Origin: a bacterium BMS3Bbin13
GTDB taxonomy: Bacteria; Pseudomonadota; Gammaproteobacteria; 21-64-14
NCBI GenBank assembly: GCA_002897735.1
Contig: BDTW01000052.1
Coordinates: forward strand, 634 to 64,633
Length of the DNA stretch: 64,000 bases
Direction: 5' to 3'
In this document: piece by piece, positions 1 to 10,300 of the stretch
Position numbering within the stretch: the stretch's first letter is position 1
Layout of the letters: each line of letters opens with the position of its first letter
Position numbers and translations under genes: made by a program
The notes under the pieces: model-generated
Told to the model about the DNA's origin: nothing
Databases searched by the model: none
Seen by the model: the letters and a program-made list of their open reading frames with translations, nothing else

Positions 1-310
1 GGTGTTCGAGGGCGTCTGGGTTGTGGCTGCCATGCGGTGCTTTCGATACGAGGGGTACCGAAAATACACCTCGTGACACGGAGATCCTTCAAAGCCGGCA
101 AAATCATAAGTTACTGATTATGTTTAGATCAGGTGATGCTCGGTATGGTTGGGGATGGTTGTGTCGATTCAAATGGCAAGAAATATGCGCCTGCTGCGAA
201 CCGTGCGCGGATGGTCGCAGGAAACACTGGTGATGAACGCCGGATCTTGACCGCACCTTTGTTGGTGCCGGACGCGCCGAGCATAACCTTACCCCGGCGA
301 CACTGAGGGG

Positions 311-1231
311 TCAGCTCACCAGCGCGATCACCAGCGGCAGGAACAGCATCCCGGCGAGCACCGAGAGCGAGACCAGGGCCGCCGCCAACTCCCGGTCGAG
401 CCCCTCGATCGAGGCGAATATCAGGGTGTTGAACCCGACCGGGGCGGCCGCGCCCAGCACCACGACGGCGCGATCGAGGCCGGTAAGGCCGAAGAGCCGC
501 GCCCAGAGCCATCCCAGCGCCAACCCGCCGCCGGCGCGCAGTATCAGCGTCAGGAGCAAGGCCGCCGACGGGCGCCGCGGGACGCGGAAAAAGATCCCCA
601 TCGCCACCAACACCAGGAACACGGCCGCCCCGCCGCCCCATTGGAGCCCGAGCAACAGGGGGCCCGGGACCGGCGCGCCGCCCAGGTTGAGCGCAAGCGC
701 CGCGGCCATCGCCCAGAACGGCGGAAACCGGCCCATCGCCCGCAACACCGGGCGCAACCCCGCCTCCCCGCGGCCGTACCAGGCGGCGATGGCGTAGACG
801 AGCGTCAGCACCAGCACGCCGTTACCGAAGTCGAAGAACGCCAGGTGTCCGGCCCCCGCCGGTCCCCATGCCGCGAAGGCGAACGGGTAGACCACCGCGA
901 GATTCATGATCATCGAGCCGACGATCTGCACCCCGCGGCGCGCCGGCGGGAGCGCCAGCGGGCGTCCCAACGCCGCCGCCAACCCCCACATGACGAGGAT
1001 CGTGAGCCCGGCGGCGAGCGGCAGTCGCGCGATTCCCGGTGTGAGCGCCAGCGGCGTCACCGTGCCGAGGATCAGTGCCGGCATCCCGTAGCGCACCACC
1101 CAGGCGAGCAGGCGCTCGCCGTGCGCCGGCCCCACCCAGCCGAGCCTGCGAGCCGCCGCTCCGGCGATAAAGGCGAGCGCCACCGGCGCGAGCCGCAGGG
1201 CCAGGCCGACGATGGTGGTATCCTCCATCAT
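311..1231 (-). CDS. AEC (auxin efflux carrier) family membrane transporter
   Basis: 306-aa highly hydrophobic ORF with about 10 TM segments. Has the two-repeat AEC layout (YGMPALIL, NLAVVYP, PPFWAM, AAAPVGFNTLIFA). Confidence 0.8.
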   Translation of the reverse strand: MMEDTTIVGLALRLAPVALAFIAGAAARRLGWVGPAHGERLLAWVVRYGMPALILGTVTPLALTPGIARLPLAAGLTILVMWGLAAALGRPLALPPARRGVQIVGSMIMNLAVVYPFAFAAWGPAGAGHLAFFDFGNGVLVLTLVYAIAAWYGRGEAGLRPVLRAMGRFPPFWAMAAALALNLGGAPVPGPLLLGLQWGGGAAVFLVLVAMGIFFRVPRRPSAALLLTLILRAGGGLALGWLWARLFGLTGLDRAVVVLGAAAPVGFNTLIFASIEGLDRELAAALVSLSVLAGMLFLPLVIALVS

Positions 1232-1387
1232 GGCCGCGCAGTCTACCGCGTCCCGCTCTCCGCGAACCTATTGGGCGTATAACGGTCTCCTCGAATGACG
1301 ATGCGCCTCCGATGCGAGGGGCACGGGTCGCGGACACCGAGTACCGGCACGGCTGCCGCCGGCCGATGGTGCGGGGGCCGGAATTTC

Positions 1388-2806
1388 ATGCACAGCCCCC
1401 CCGGCGGACCCGGACAGCCACGAAGAACGACAAGGCGAGTCATCATCCACGCACCCCCCGGACCCGGTCGCCCCCTGCGCCTCTGGTCGACGCTGTCGAT
1501 CGGCATCGGCGGGATGATCGGCGGGGGTATCTTCGCCGTCACCGGGTTGGCGATCGAACTCACGCGCGGTGCGGTTCCGATCGCGTTCGCCGTCGCAGGG
1601 GTGGTGGCGTTGCTCACCGCCTACAGCTATCTCAAGCTCACGTTGCGCTATCCGAGCCGCGGCGGTACGGTCGAATTCATCAACCGCGCCTACGGCAGCG
1701 GCGTATTCACCGGTACCCTCAGTATCCTCCTGTGCCTGAGCTACGTGGTGTTGCTCGCGGTCTATGCCTACGCCTTCGGTGCCTACGGCGCCGGACTGAT
1801 CGGTGCCGTCCCCGGCCCGATCCTGCGCGATGCGCTCGGCAGCGGCGTGCTGGTCGCGCTCGCGGCGGTCAACTTTTTCAGCCCGCACCTCGTGGTACGT
1901 AGCGAAAACCTCTTCAACGTGCTCAAGTTGACGCTGCTCGCCGCCTTCGTGCTCGCGGGCCTGATCGCCCCGGCGCATTGGGGGCGCTTGGCGCCGGCCG
2001 GGTTCGTCGGCCCCTGGCCGCTGTTCAGCGGTGCGATGATCATCTTTCTCAACTACGAGGGCTTCGAGCTGATCGCCAACGCCGCGCCCGACGTCGAACA
2101 CCCGCGCCGCACTCTGCCGATCGCCTATCTGGGCGGCGTATCGATCGTACTCGTCGCCTACGTGCTGATCGCGCTGGTGACGGTGGCCCACCTCGACTTC
2201 GCCGCCGCCGCACGGCACTCGGACAACGTGCTGGCCGCGGCGGCGGCGCGCTTCCTGGGGGCGCCCGGCGCGGTCCTGATCGCGCTCGCCGCGTTGCTTG
2301 CCACGAGTTCGGCGATCAATGCGACCTTCTACGGATCGGGCCGCCTGACCTACCTCATCGCCCGCTACGGCGAGTTGCCCGCGGAGTTCGAACACAACAT
2401 CCGCAACCAACCCGTCGAGGGGTTGGCCGCGTTCTTGATCCTGGCGCTCCTGATCCTGAATCTGGTCCCGTTGAACGCGATCGCCACCATGGGCAGCGCC
2501 GGTTTCCTGCTCGTGTTCGCCGCCGTGAACCTCGCCTGCCTGCGCTTGGCGGGTGAAGTCGGTGCGAGCCGCATTCTCGCCCTCGCCGGGGTGATCGCGT
2601 GCGCGGGCGCCTTCGTCGCGCTGGTGGCGCAGATCGCGGCGAACCCGGCCACGCGCGGTCAGGTCGGGGTGCTCGCGGGGATGATCGCGCTCTCCTGGTT
2701 CATCGAGGTGGTCTACCGGGGCGTCACCGCACGCGAGGTGCACATGGGGCACCGCACGGCGCCCGCCCTCACCGAACCCCTCCCCCGGGGCGGTCGCAGG
2801 CCGTGA
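1388..2806 (+). CDS. APC family amino acid permease
   Basis: TM1 motif IGIGGMIGGGIF and TM6 YEGFE, about 12 TM segments. Start uncertain; ATG 1388 chosen. Confidence 0.85.
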   Translation: MHSPPGGPGQPRRTTRRVIIHAPPGPGRPLRLWSTLSIGIGGMIGGGIFAVTGLAIELTRGAVPIAFAVAGVVALLTAYSYLKLTLRYPSRGGTVEFINRAYGSGVFTGTLSILLCLSYVVLLAVYAYAFGAYGAGLIGAVPGPILRDALGSGVLVALAAVNFFSPHLVVRSENLFNVLKLTLLAAFVLAGLIAPAHWGRLAPAGFVGPWPLFSGAMIIFLNYEGFELIANAAPDVEHPRRTLPIAYLGGVSIVLVAYVLIALVTVAHLDFAAAARHSDNVLAAAAARFLGAPGAVLIALAALLATSSAINATFYGSGRLTYLIARYGELPAEFEHNIRNQPVEGLAAFLILALLILNLVPLNAIATMGSAGFLLVFAAVNLACLRLAGEVGASRILALAGVIACAGAFVALVAQIAANPATRGQVGVLAGMIALSWFIEVVYRGVTAREVHMGHRTAPALTEPLPRGGRRP

Positions 2807-4233
2807 CGAGCACGCCCGAATCCGCCACCGCGCGCCGCAAAGCGCCGCAAGGCCGCCTCGGCGTCGCGACGCTCACCATGATGACCGCGGCGCTGTTCCT
2901 GACGCTGCGCAACATGCCGATGATGGCGGCCACCGGCCTGCAGATGGTCTTCTTCAACGCCGTTACGGTGTTCGCGTTTCTCATCCCCATCGCGCTGGTA
3001 TCCGCGGAGCTGGCCACGGCGTGGCCGAAGAACGGCGTGTTCCACTGGGTCGAGGAGGCGTTCGGCACGCGCTGGGGGTTGGTCGCCGTGTGGTTGCAAT
3101 GGGTCCAGAGCCTGTTCGGGATCACCTCGATCCTCTCCTACGCGGCCGCCGCACTCGCCTATGCGGCGGCGCCGTCGCTGGCCGGGTCGCGCGGCTACAT
3201 CGTGGCGGTGATCCTCATCATCTATTGGGCCGCGACCTTCGCCAACCTGCACGGTGCGCGGCTGTCCGGACTCATCAGCAGCGTGTGTCTGGTGCTCGGC
3301 GTGCTGTTGCCGGCGATCGTGCTCATCGTGCTCGCCGGTCTCTACGTGGCCTCGGGCGCTACGCTGCATCTCGATCTCGCGTTGCGCCCCGGCAACTGGC
3401 TGCCGTTGAACCATGTGCGGCACGGCCTGCTGCTGTTCCTGAGCTTCATCTTCGGCGTGGTCGGCATCGAGGTTTCCGCCTCGCACGCGCGCGAGGTCCG
3501 CGACGTGCGTCGCAATTACCCGATCGCGGTGTTCGCCGCCGCGATACTGGGGTTCGTGTTGACGCTGCTCGGCGGACTGGCGGTCGCCGCGGTCCTGCCG
3601 GGCGCGCAGATCGACCTCGTCTCCGGGGCGGTCCAGGCGCTCGCGGCCCTCTTCGGGCATTTCCACCTTGCGTGGCTCGCGCCCCCGACCGCCGCGCTGG
3701 TCGCACTCGGCGCCGCGGGGCAGGTCAGTACCTGGGTGGTGGGTCCGATCAAGGGCCTGTGGGCGGCGGGTCGGGCGGGAAACCTCCCGCCCGTACTACA
3801 GGAGGTCAACGAGCACGGCGTGCCGCGCAACCTGCTCTTCGTGCAGGCCGTGCTGATGAGCGCCGTGGCGCTCACGTTCCTGGTGATCCCGTCGGTGGAC
3901 ACCGCGTTCCTGTTGCTGACCTCCGCCGCGGTGGTGCTCTACGCGGCGATGTACCTGCTGCTCTTCGCCGCGGCGATCCGACTGCGCTACACTGAGCCCG
4001 ACGCCGCGCGCCCGTACCGGGTGCCGGGCGGGCGCAATTGGGGACTGTGGTTGGTTGCGGGTACCGGCTTCACGACCACGCTGGCGTGCCTGCTGATCGG
4101 CTTCATTCCGCCCGGCCCCGGGATTTCGCCCGTCGCCTACCGCGTAGCGATGCTCGCCGCACTCGGTGTGATGCTGTTCATCCCGTTGGCCCTGTATCGC
4201 TGGCGGCGCCCCGCGTGGACCCGTGCGGCCTGA
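2803..4233 (+). CDS. gadC: Glutamate:GABA antiporter-like APC transporter
   Basis: GTG at 2803 overlaps the upstream TGA. Motifs LTLRNMP, SAELATAWP-NGVFHWV, GIEVSASH, RPYRVPGG. Immediately upstream of glutamate decarboxylase. Confidence 0.8.
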   Translation: MTSTPESATARRKAPQGRLGVATLTMMTAALFLTLRNMPMMAATGLQMVFFNAVTVFAFLIPIALVSAELATAWPKNGVFHWVEEAFGTRWGLVAVWLQWVQSLFGITSILSYAAAALAYAAAPSLAGSRGYIVAVILIIYWAATFANLHGARLSGLISSVCLVLGVLLPAIVLIVLAGLYVASGATLHLDLALRPGNWLPLNHVRHGLLLFLSFIFGVVGIEVSASHAREVRDVRRNYPIAVFAAAILGFVLTLLGGLAVAAVLPGAQIDLVSGAVQALAALFGHFHLAWLAPPTAALVALGAAGQVSTWVVGPIKGLWAAGRAGNLPPVLQEVNEHGVPRNLLFVQAVLMSAVALTFLVIPSVDTAFLLLTSAAVVLYAAMYLLLFAAAIRLRYTEPDAARPYRVPGGRNWGLWLVAGTGFTTTLACLLIGFIPPGPGISPVAYRVAMLAALGVMLFIPLALYRWRRPAWTRAA

Positions 4234-4272
4234 CGGGATTCGTGGACGCTCCCATCCCTTTCGGAGACGAAC

Positions 4273-5655
4273 ATGGTCAAGAAGCTCGTGCCCCTGGATG
4301 ATCCGAACACCGAGTTCACCCCCACCTACGGGTCGCGGCTCATGGCCCGGCCGATCCCCAAGTACGTCCTCCCGGAGCAGGGCATGGCGCCGGCGGCGGC
4401 CTATCAGCTCGTCCACGACGAACTGATGCTCGACGGCAACGCGCGGCTCAACCTCGCCACCTTCGTCACTACGTGGATGGAGCCGGAGGCCGAGCGGCTG
4501 ATGGCCGAAACCTTTTCCAAGAACATGATCGACAAGGACGAGTATCCACAGACCGCCGAGATCGAGCGGCGTTGCGTGAACATGGTCGCGCGGCTGTTCC
4601 ACGCGCCCGAGGCCGGGCATCCGGTCGGCGTCTCGTCGATCGGCTCCAGCGAGGCGATAATGCTCGCGGGCATGGCCCTGAAGTGGAACTGGCGCAAGCG
4701 GCGCACCGCCGCCGGCGCGGATACTACGCGACCGAATCTGGTGCTGGGCGGCAACGTGCAGGTCGTATGGGAGAAGTTCTGCCGCTACTGGGAGGTGGAG
4801 CCGCGTTACATCCCGATGACCGAGGGGCGCTACGTCATCACACCCGAGGAGGTGGTGCGGCGCATCGACGAGAACACGATCGGCGTGGTGGCGATCCTCG
4901 GTACCACGTTCACCGGGGAGTTCGAGCCGATCGAGGCGATCCACGATGCGATCGTGCGGCACAACGAGGCCCGCGGGCTGGAGGTCCCGTTGCACATCGA
5001 TGCGGCCAGCGGCGGGTTCGTCGCGCCGTTTCTGCACCCGCGGCTGCGCTGGGACTTCCGGCTGCCGCAGGTGGTCTCCATCAACGTATCCGGCCACAAG
5101 TACGGGCTCGTCTACCCGGGCATCGGTTGGGTGGTATGGCGCGATGAGCAGCACCTCCCGGACGATCTCGTGTTCCACGTCAACTATCTGGGCGGCGACA
5201 TGCCCACCTTCACGCTGAATTTCTCGCGCCCGGGCAACCAAGTGGTGGGGCAGTACTACAATTTCCTGCGCCTGGGCCGCGCCGGGTACACGCGCATCCT
5301 GGCGAATCTGCGCGATATCGCCCGCTATCTGGCCGGGCGTGTGGTCGCGATGGGTCCGTTCGAACTGCTCAGCGACGGCGACGCAATCCCGGTGTTCGCG
5401 TTCCGGCTGAAGGACGCGGCGCGCTACTCGGTGTACGACATCTCCGAGCGTCTGCGCGTGCGCGGTTGGCAGGTCCCCGCCTATACCATGCCCCCGGACG
5501 CGGAGGGGATCTCGGTGCTGCGTATCGTGATACGGGAGGGCTTCTCGCGCGACATGGCCGAACTGCTGATCGGCGATCTCGAGCAGGCGGTCGAGTCGCT
5601 GGAGCATAGCCCGCCGCGCACCCCCGCCGGTCCGTCACAGCACTTCCACCATTAA
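4273..5655 (+). CDS. gadB: Glutamate decarboxylase (PLP-dependent)
   Basis: LDGNARLNLATFVTTWM, DKDEYPQTAEIE, HIDAASGG and SINVSGHKYG (PLP lysine). GGAG RBS upstream. Confidence 0.95.
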   Translation: MVKKLVPLDDPNTEFTPTYGSRLMARPIPKYVLPEQGMAPAAAYQLVHDELMLDGNARLNLATFVTTWMEPEAERLMAETFSKNMIDKDEYPQTAEIERRCVNMVARLFHAPEAGHPVGVSSIGSSEAIMLAGMALKWNWRKRRTAAGADTTRPNLVLGGNVQVVWEKFCRYWEVEPRYIPMTEGRYVITPEEVVRRIDENTIGVVAILGTTFTGEFEPIEAIHDAIVRHNEARGLEVPLHIDAASGGFVAPFLHPRLRWDFRLPQVVSINVSGHKYGLVYPGIGWVVWRDEQHLPDDLVFHVNYLGGDMPTFTLNFSRPGNQVVGQYYNFLRLGRAGYTRILANLRDIARYLAGRVVAMGPFELLSDGDAIPVFAFRLKDAARYSVYDISERLRVRGWQVPAYTMPPDAEGISVLRIVIREGFSRDMAELLIGDLEQAVESLEHSPPRTPAGPSQHFHH

Positions 5656-5750
5656 GCCCGCGCGAGCGCGCTCGGGTCTCCTCCCGCGCGCGGATGCGGC
5701 GTATCATTTCTGCCGGCAGCCTGTCGGAGTCCGAACGGAGGGTACGCGGC

Positions 5751-6587
5751 ATGCGCGCGAGCAGGGTGTTCTACGGGGTACTGGTGCTCGTCTTGCTCGG
5801 CGGCGCCGGTGCGGCCGGCTACTGGTACCGGTCGAGACCGGTTCTCGAGGGGCGCCCCCCGGTGCGCGCGCCGGTGCCGGCGCCCGTCAAAGAGCCGCTG
5901 GTCCGCCACCCGATCCCGCCGCCGTCGGCGCCCGCGCCATCCGTCCGCGGCGCACCCGGCACGGTGTCGGCGCCGCTGGCGCCCCCCGCGTTGCCGCCGC
6001 TGGATCGTAGCGACTCGGCCCTGAAACGGGCGCTCGCCGGACTCGTGGGGCGGTCCCGGCTGGAACGCCGGCTGCGCCTCAAGGAGATCGTCCGGCGCGT
6101 GGTGGTGACCGTCGACAACGTGTCCAAACGCCGACTGCCGTTGCGCTACCTCCCGTTGCGCCCGGTGCCGGGGCGACTCGAGGTGCGCCGTATCGGCGGT
6201 CCGACGGCCGATCGTTACGTCCTCAGCGCGAAGAATTACGCGCGCTATACCCCGTACGTGGATTTGTTGGAGGCGATCGATCCCAAGCGGCTGGCCGCCG
6301 TCTATATCCGCTTCTATCCGCTGTTCCAGCAGGCGTACCGGGATCTCGGCTACCCCTACGGGTACTTCAACGATCGCCTGGTCCGGGCGATCGGCGTCCT
6401 GTTGGCCGCACCCGAGCTGTCCGGTCCGGTGCGGCTGGTGCGCCCCAGTGTGTACTACAAGTTCGCCGACCCGCGCCTCGAGGCCCTGCCTGCGGGGCAG
6501 AAGGTGCTCATCCGCATGGGGCCGGAGAACGAGCGGCGCGTGAAGCCCTGGCTGCGCGCCTTCCTGCGGGCGACCGAGCGGCATTGA
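5751..6587 (+). CDS. DUF3014 domain protein (N-terminal membrane anchor, Pro-rich linker)
   Basis: YPLFQQAYRDLGYP, YFNDRL and YKFADPRLEALPAGQK are typical of DUF3014. GGAGG RBS at 5737. Confidence 0.75.
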   Translation: MRASRVFYGVLVLVLLGGAGAAGYWYRSRPVLEGRPPVRAPVPAPVKEPLVRHPIPPPSAPAPSVRGAPGTVSAPLAPPALPPLDRSDSALKRALAGLVGRSRLERRLRLKEIVRRVVVTVDNVSKRRLPLRYLPLRPVPGRLEVRRIGGPTADRYVLSAKNYARYTPYVDLLEAIDPKRLAAVYIRFYPLFQQAYRDLGYPYGYFNDRLVRAIGVLLAAPELSGPVRLVRPSVYYKFADPRLEALPAGQKVLIRMGPENERRVKPWLRAFLRATERH

Positions 6588-6708
6588 GGCCGCGCGTGCG
6601 ATCGTCGCGCTTTCCCGGTTTGTCCCGAGCCTGCCGGACTTGGGAGGTTCTACTGCGGCGACGGGTCGTTGGTGGAGCCGGCTCGCCCCGAACCGGTATA
6701 CTGCGTCC

Positions 6709-7365
6709 ATGAACGAAGACGCCGTCACCCGATTGAACGTCGAACGTTTCAATGCCGTCGCCGGCTCCTGGGACGAGAACCCCGTGCGTGTGGAGCTTGC
6801 ACAGGCGGTCGCGCGCGCGATCGCCGAGGCCGTCCCGTCGACGGCGCAAACCCGCGCGATGGAATTCGGCTGCGGCACCGGGCTGGTGACGGCGCTGCTC
6901 GCGCCGGGTCTCGGCCATGTCGTGGCGGTGGACAGCGCCGCGGGCATGCTCGATGTGCTGCGCACCAAGGTGCGTGAATTGGGGCTCGACAACGTCGAGC
7001 CGCTCGAGATGGATCTGGCGCAGTCGCTGCCCGAGGGTCCGTTCGACCTGATCTTCAGCGGCATGACCCTGCATCACATCGAGGACGTCCCGGCGCTGCT
7101 CGCACGGCTGCGCGGGCTGCTCGCCCCCGGCGGCCATGTCGCGCTCGCGGACCTCGAGCGGGAGGACGGTACCTTCCACGGCGACGCCCCCGGGATCATG
7201 CATCACGGCTTCGATCCGTCGAGCGTGGCGGGCTGGCTCGCCGAGGCGGGCTTCGACGAGGTGCATACGCGCCGCGTGCACGTGGTGCGCAAGACCGGGT
7301 CCGACGATCGTCCCCGCGAGTACCCGGTGTTTCTCGCCGACGCGCGCCGCGCGGCGGGTCGGTAG
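6709..7365 (+). CDS. Class I SAM-dependent methyltransferase
   Basis: Motif I MEFGCGTG, plus VAVDSAAGML and FDLIFSGMTLHH. Confidence 0.9.
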   Translation: MNEDAVTRLNVERFNAVAGSWDENPVRVELAQAVARAIAEAVPSTAQTRAMEFGCGTGLVTALLAPGLGHVVAVDSAAGMLDVLRTKVRELGLDNVEPLEMDLAQSLPEGPFDLIFSGMTLHHIEDVPALLARLRGLLAPGGHVALADLEREDGTFHGDAPGIMHHGFDPSSVAGWLAEAGFDEVHTRRVHVVRKTGSDDRPREYPVFLADARRAAGR

Positions 7366-7391
7366 AGGCGCCGCGGCCGGCCCGGGCGTCG

Positions 7392-10300
7392 TTACGCAAT
7401 CAGTAGTTCCTCCAGGCGGTGCGGGCGTTCCACCGCGTAGCCCTGCGCGTAATCCACGCCCAGCCCGCGGAGCAGTTCGATGCTCCGCTCGCTTTGTACG
7501 AACTCGGCGATCACCGCCTTCTCCATGAAATGGCCGACTTCGCACATCGACTTCACCACCGCGAAGTCGCTGGTGTTCTCGGCGAGATCCCGGACGAAGG
7601 CGCCGTCGATCTTCAGGAAATCGACCGGGAGGTTCTTCAGATAGGCATAGGAGGACATGCCGCTGCCGAAGTCGTCGAGCGAGAACTTGCAGCCCGTACT
7701 CTTGATGACGTTGATAAAGTCGCTCGCATCCGACAGGCTTGCGATGCCGGCGGTCTCGGTGATCTCGAAACAGATCCGGTGCATCGGCACGCCGGTGCGC
7801 GCGGCCTGCTCGTTGACGTAGCGGATGAGTCGCTCGTCGTTCAACGACGGGCCGGACAGATTGATCGTGAAGCCGCCGATCCCGAGCAATTCGTCCTCGT
7901 GGTGTGCGATCCACTCGAAGGCGTTGCGGATCACCCAACGGTCGACCTCGATGATCCGGCTGTAGTGTTCGGCCGCCCTGATGAATTCCTGCAACGCCAT
8001 TTGTCCGCTGAGTTCGTCGGAGAGTCCGAGCAGCAGTTCGTACCAGACCTGCTGGGAGATGTGCTCCTGGAGGGGGACGATCTTCTGGCAGCGCAGATTG
8101 AGCGCGTCCTCGTCGAGCGCGCGGTCGATCAGCATCGCCCACTTCATCTCTTCCCTGCGCCGCGACAGGGCCGCGTGGCGCGAGTGGTAGATTTGAGTGC
8201 GCCCGCCGCCCTTCTCCTTGGCGACGCCGCAACTGCTCTCGGCGGCCTGCAGCAGTGCGGACTCGTTCTCCTCGTGCGCGTGGATACCCACCAGGCCGAC
8301 GCTCACCGATATCGAGAGGCGCTGGTCGCGCCACGACACGCGGTGCCCGTGCAGCTCCTCCATCTGCGCCTCCACGACGCCGAGCGCCTGGTCGACCGAG
8401 TGGTCCCGGAGCAGGATGGCGAACTGATCGGGGCCCACGCGGCCCAGTGTGTGATCGGCGCCGATGCGGCTCTCCAGGAGTGCGGCGAGGTCTTTGAGCA
8501 GCGCATCGCCCGCCTCGTAGCCGAGGGTGTTGTTCACGACCTTGAACTGGTCGATGTCGAGGAACACGAGCGCATGCCGACGCTCGGTGTATTTCGCCCC
8601 CGCGACCGCTTCGGCGAGGCACTTCTTGAACTGCACGCGATTGATGAGCCCGGTGAGCGGGTCGTGGGCGGCTTGATAGAGAAGCTGGCGGTGCAGCTTC
8701 TGCAGCATGCTGTATTGTGCGCGGTCCATGGCGGGCTCGTCCGCGGCGTCGAGGACCACGGCATCGCCGTCGTGCAGCAGCGCGGCGAGTTGCGCCTCGC
8801 CCACGATCCGCTCCTTGCGCCCCAACACGTTGACGAATACGTACTTGGCCGAATGGGGCGCGATCCAGGCCGTCTTGAGACGCTTGGGTTCGGCGCGGCG
8901 GGCGTCGAAGAGGATCCAGTGCCCCTCCTCCAATCGTCGCACCCGGCGCAGCCATTCGTCGGTGTCTTCGGTATCCGGGCGCTGTCGCGCCTGCGGCGCG
9001 GGCTCCTCGGTCGGTTCTCTCCGGACGCACTCGGCGACCACCTCGCCGAGGTTCTTTCGATAGGTATCGTTCTGTACCCGCAGCAGCAGGTCCAGTTGCC
9101 GGGCGACCCGATGGAACACCGCGGTGGTCCCGTCGAACTCGGTGTTGATCAGGTTGACGATCCACCGGAAGGCGTGCTGTAACGCCGCTCGTTCCCGTTC
9201 GTTCTCCGAGTCGGCCAGTATCTCCAGTTCCGAGAGCTTGTTGATCACCTGCCGGACGACGTGGTTCTTGTCGAGGAACAACCGGTCGTCGAGCAGCGCC
9301 ATCTTCAGCACCGGCACTTCGAGCTTCTCGATCCAGGGGCGCACGCTGCGGGCGACCTGCAGGTCGGTGAGCAGAGAGGCGAACAGGTTGCCGGCGACGT
9401 CGATGACGCGCCCCTGGTGCTCGGGAATGTCTTTGGACGCGGCGCCGTGCGCGCCCCCCGCGAGCACCGTCTCGAGTTCGCGGCGCACATCGACCGTCCC
9501 CGAAGCGCCGCTCGACGCCGCCAGTTGCCGGCGGAACTCGGGGCTCGAGAGCGCCTCGAGCAGTTCGGTCGTGTTGTAGGGGCGGGCCGTCGCCGGGCCC
9601 GCGGCGGTGGAAGCATGTGATGGGGTGCTGTCACCCGCCGCCGGCCCCGCGGCAACTCCGGCCTGCGGTACGGAACGACCGAGCCGGCTTTGCAGTGAGC
9701 GCAGGTCACCCACCAATTGATACAGATCCGGTACCGACACCGTACCGGCCCCCGCGGGCCGGTACGCCGCCGGATCGCTCGAGGCCGCGGCCCCGCCCGG
9801 GCCGGTGCCGGTGCTGGGACCGGGTGTGGCGGAGGGGGTATCGGGCGCATCCACCGCAGACGGCACGTCGCCGGGCGCCGGGCCCCCCGCGTCCGCCCGG
9901 GTCTGCGGGGGCTGCGTTCGGGGTTCACCGGCGCGCTTGAAGGAAAAGGTCAGATTGGGCAGTACGCCCTGCTCGATCAGAAAATCGTTGAGGGCGCCAT
10001 AGAGTTGTCCGGCGACGGTATGCGCCCCGGCCTTGAGGGCCTTGTAGCACACCAGTTTCGCGCTGTGGGCCAGGTCCAGGGACGCGATCGCCTCCTGGAG
10101 CGATTCGGCGAACAGCGCGGGACCATAGGGGTTGTTGCGATCGTTGATCGGCGTGCCGAGGACCAGGCTCAGGCGCCGGGTAAGGGCGGTCAACGTCTCG
10201 CGGTGTTCGGTCTCGACCTTGCCGACGAGGCCCGTGATGGAGAGCCATTCCTCGAATGCCTGCGGTTCCACGAGACTGAGGGAATCGGACGCAGGCATCG

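Noticed and set aside
1..300. Lower-GC stretch with a possible minus-strand gene start at 33 (MAATTQTPSNT), an ACGAGG/CCTCGT hairpin and an IHF-like site at 107-119
   Set aside because: Probably the promoter region of a gene outside the window. Too little sequence to assign, and the 70-aa + strand ORF looks non-coding.
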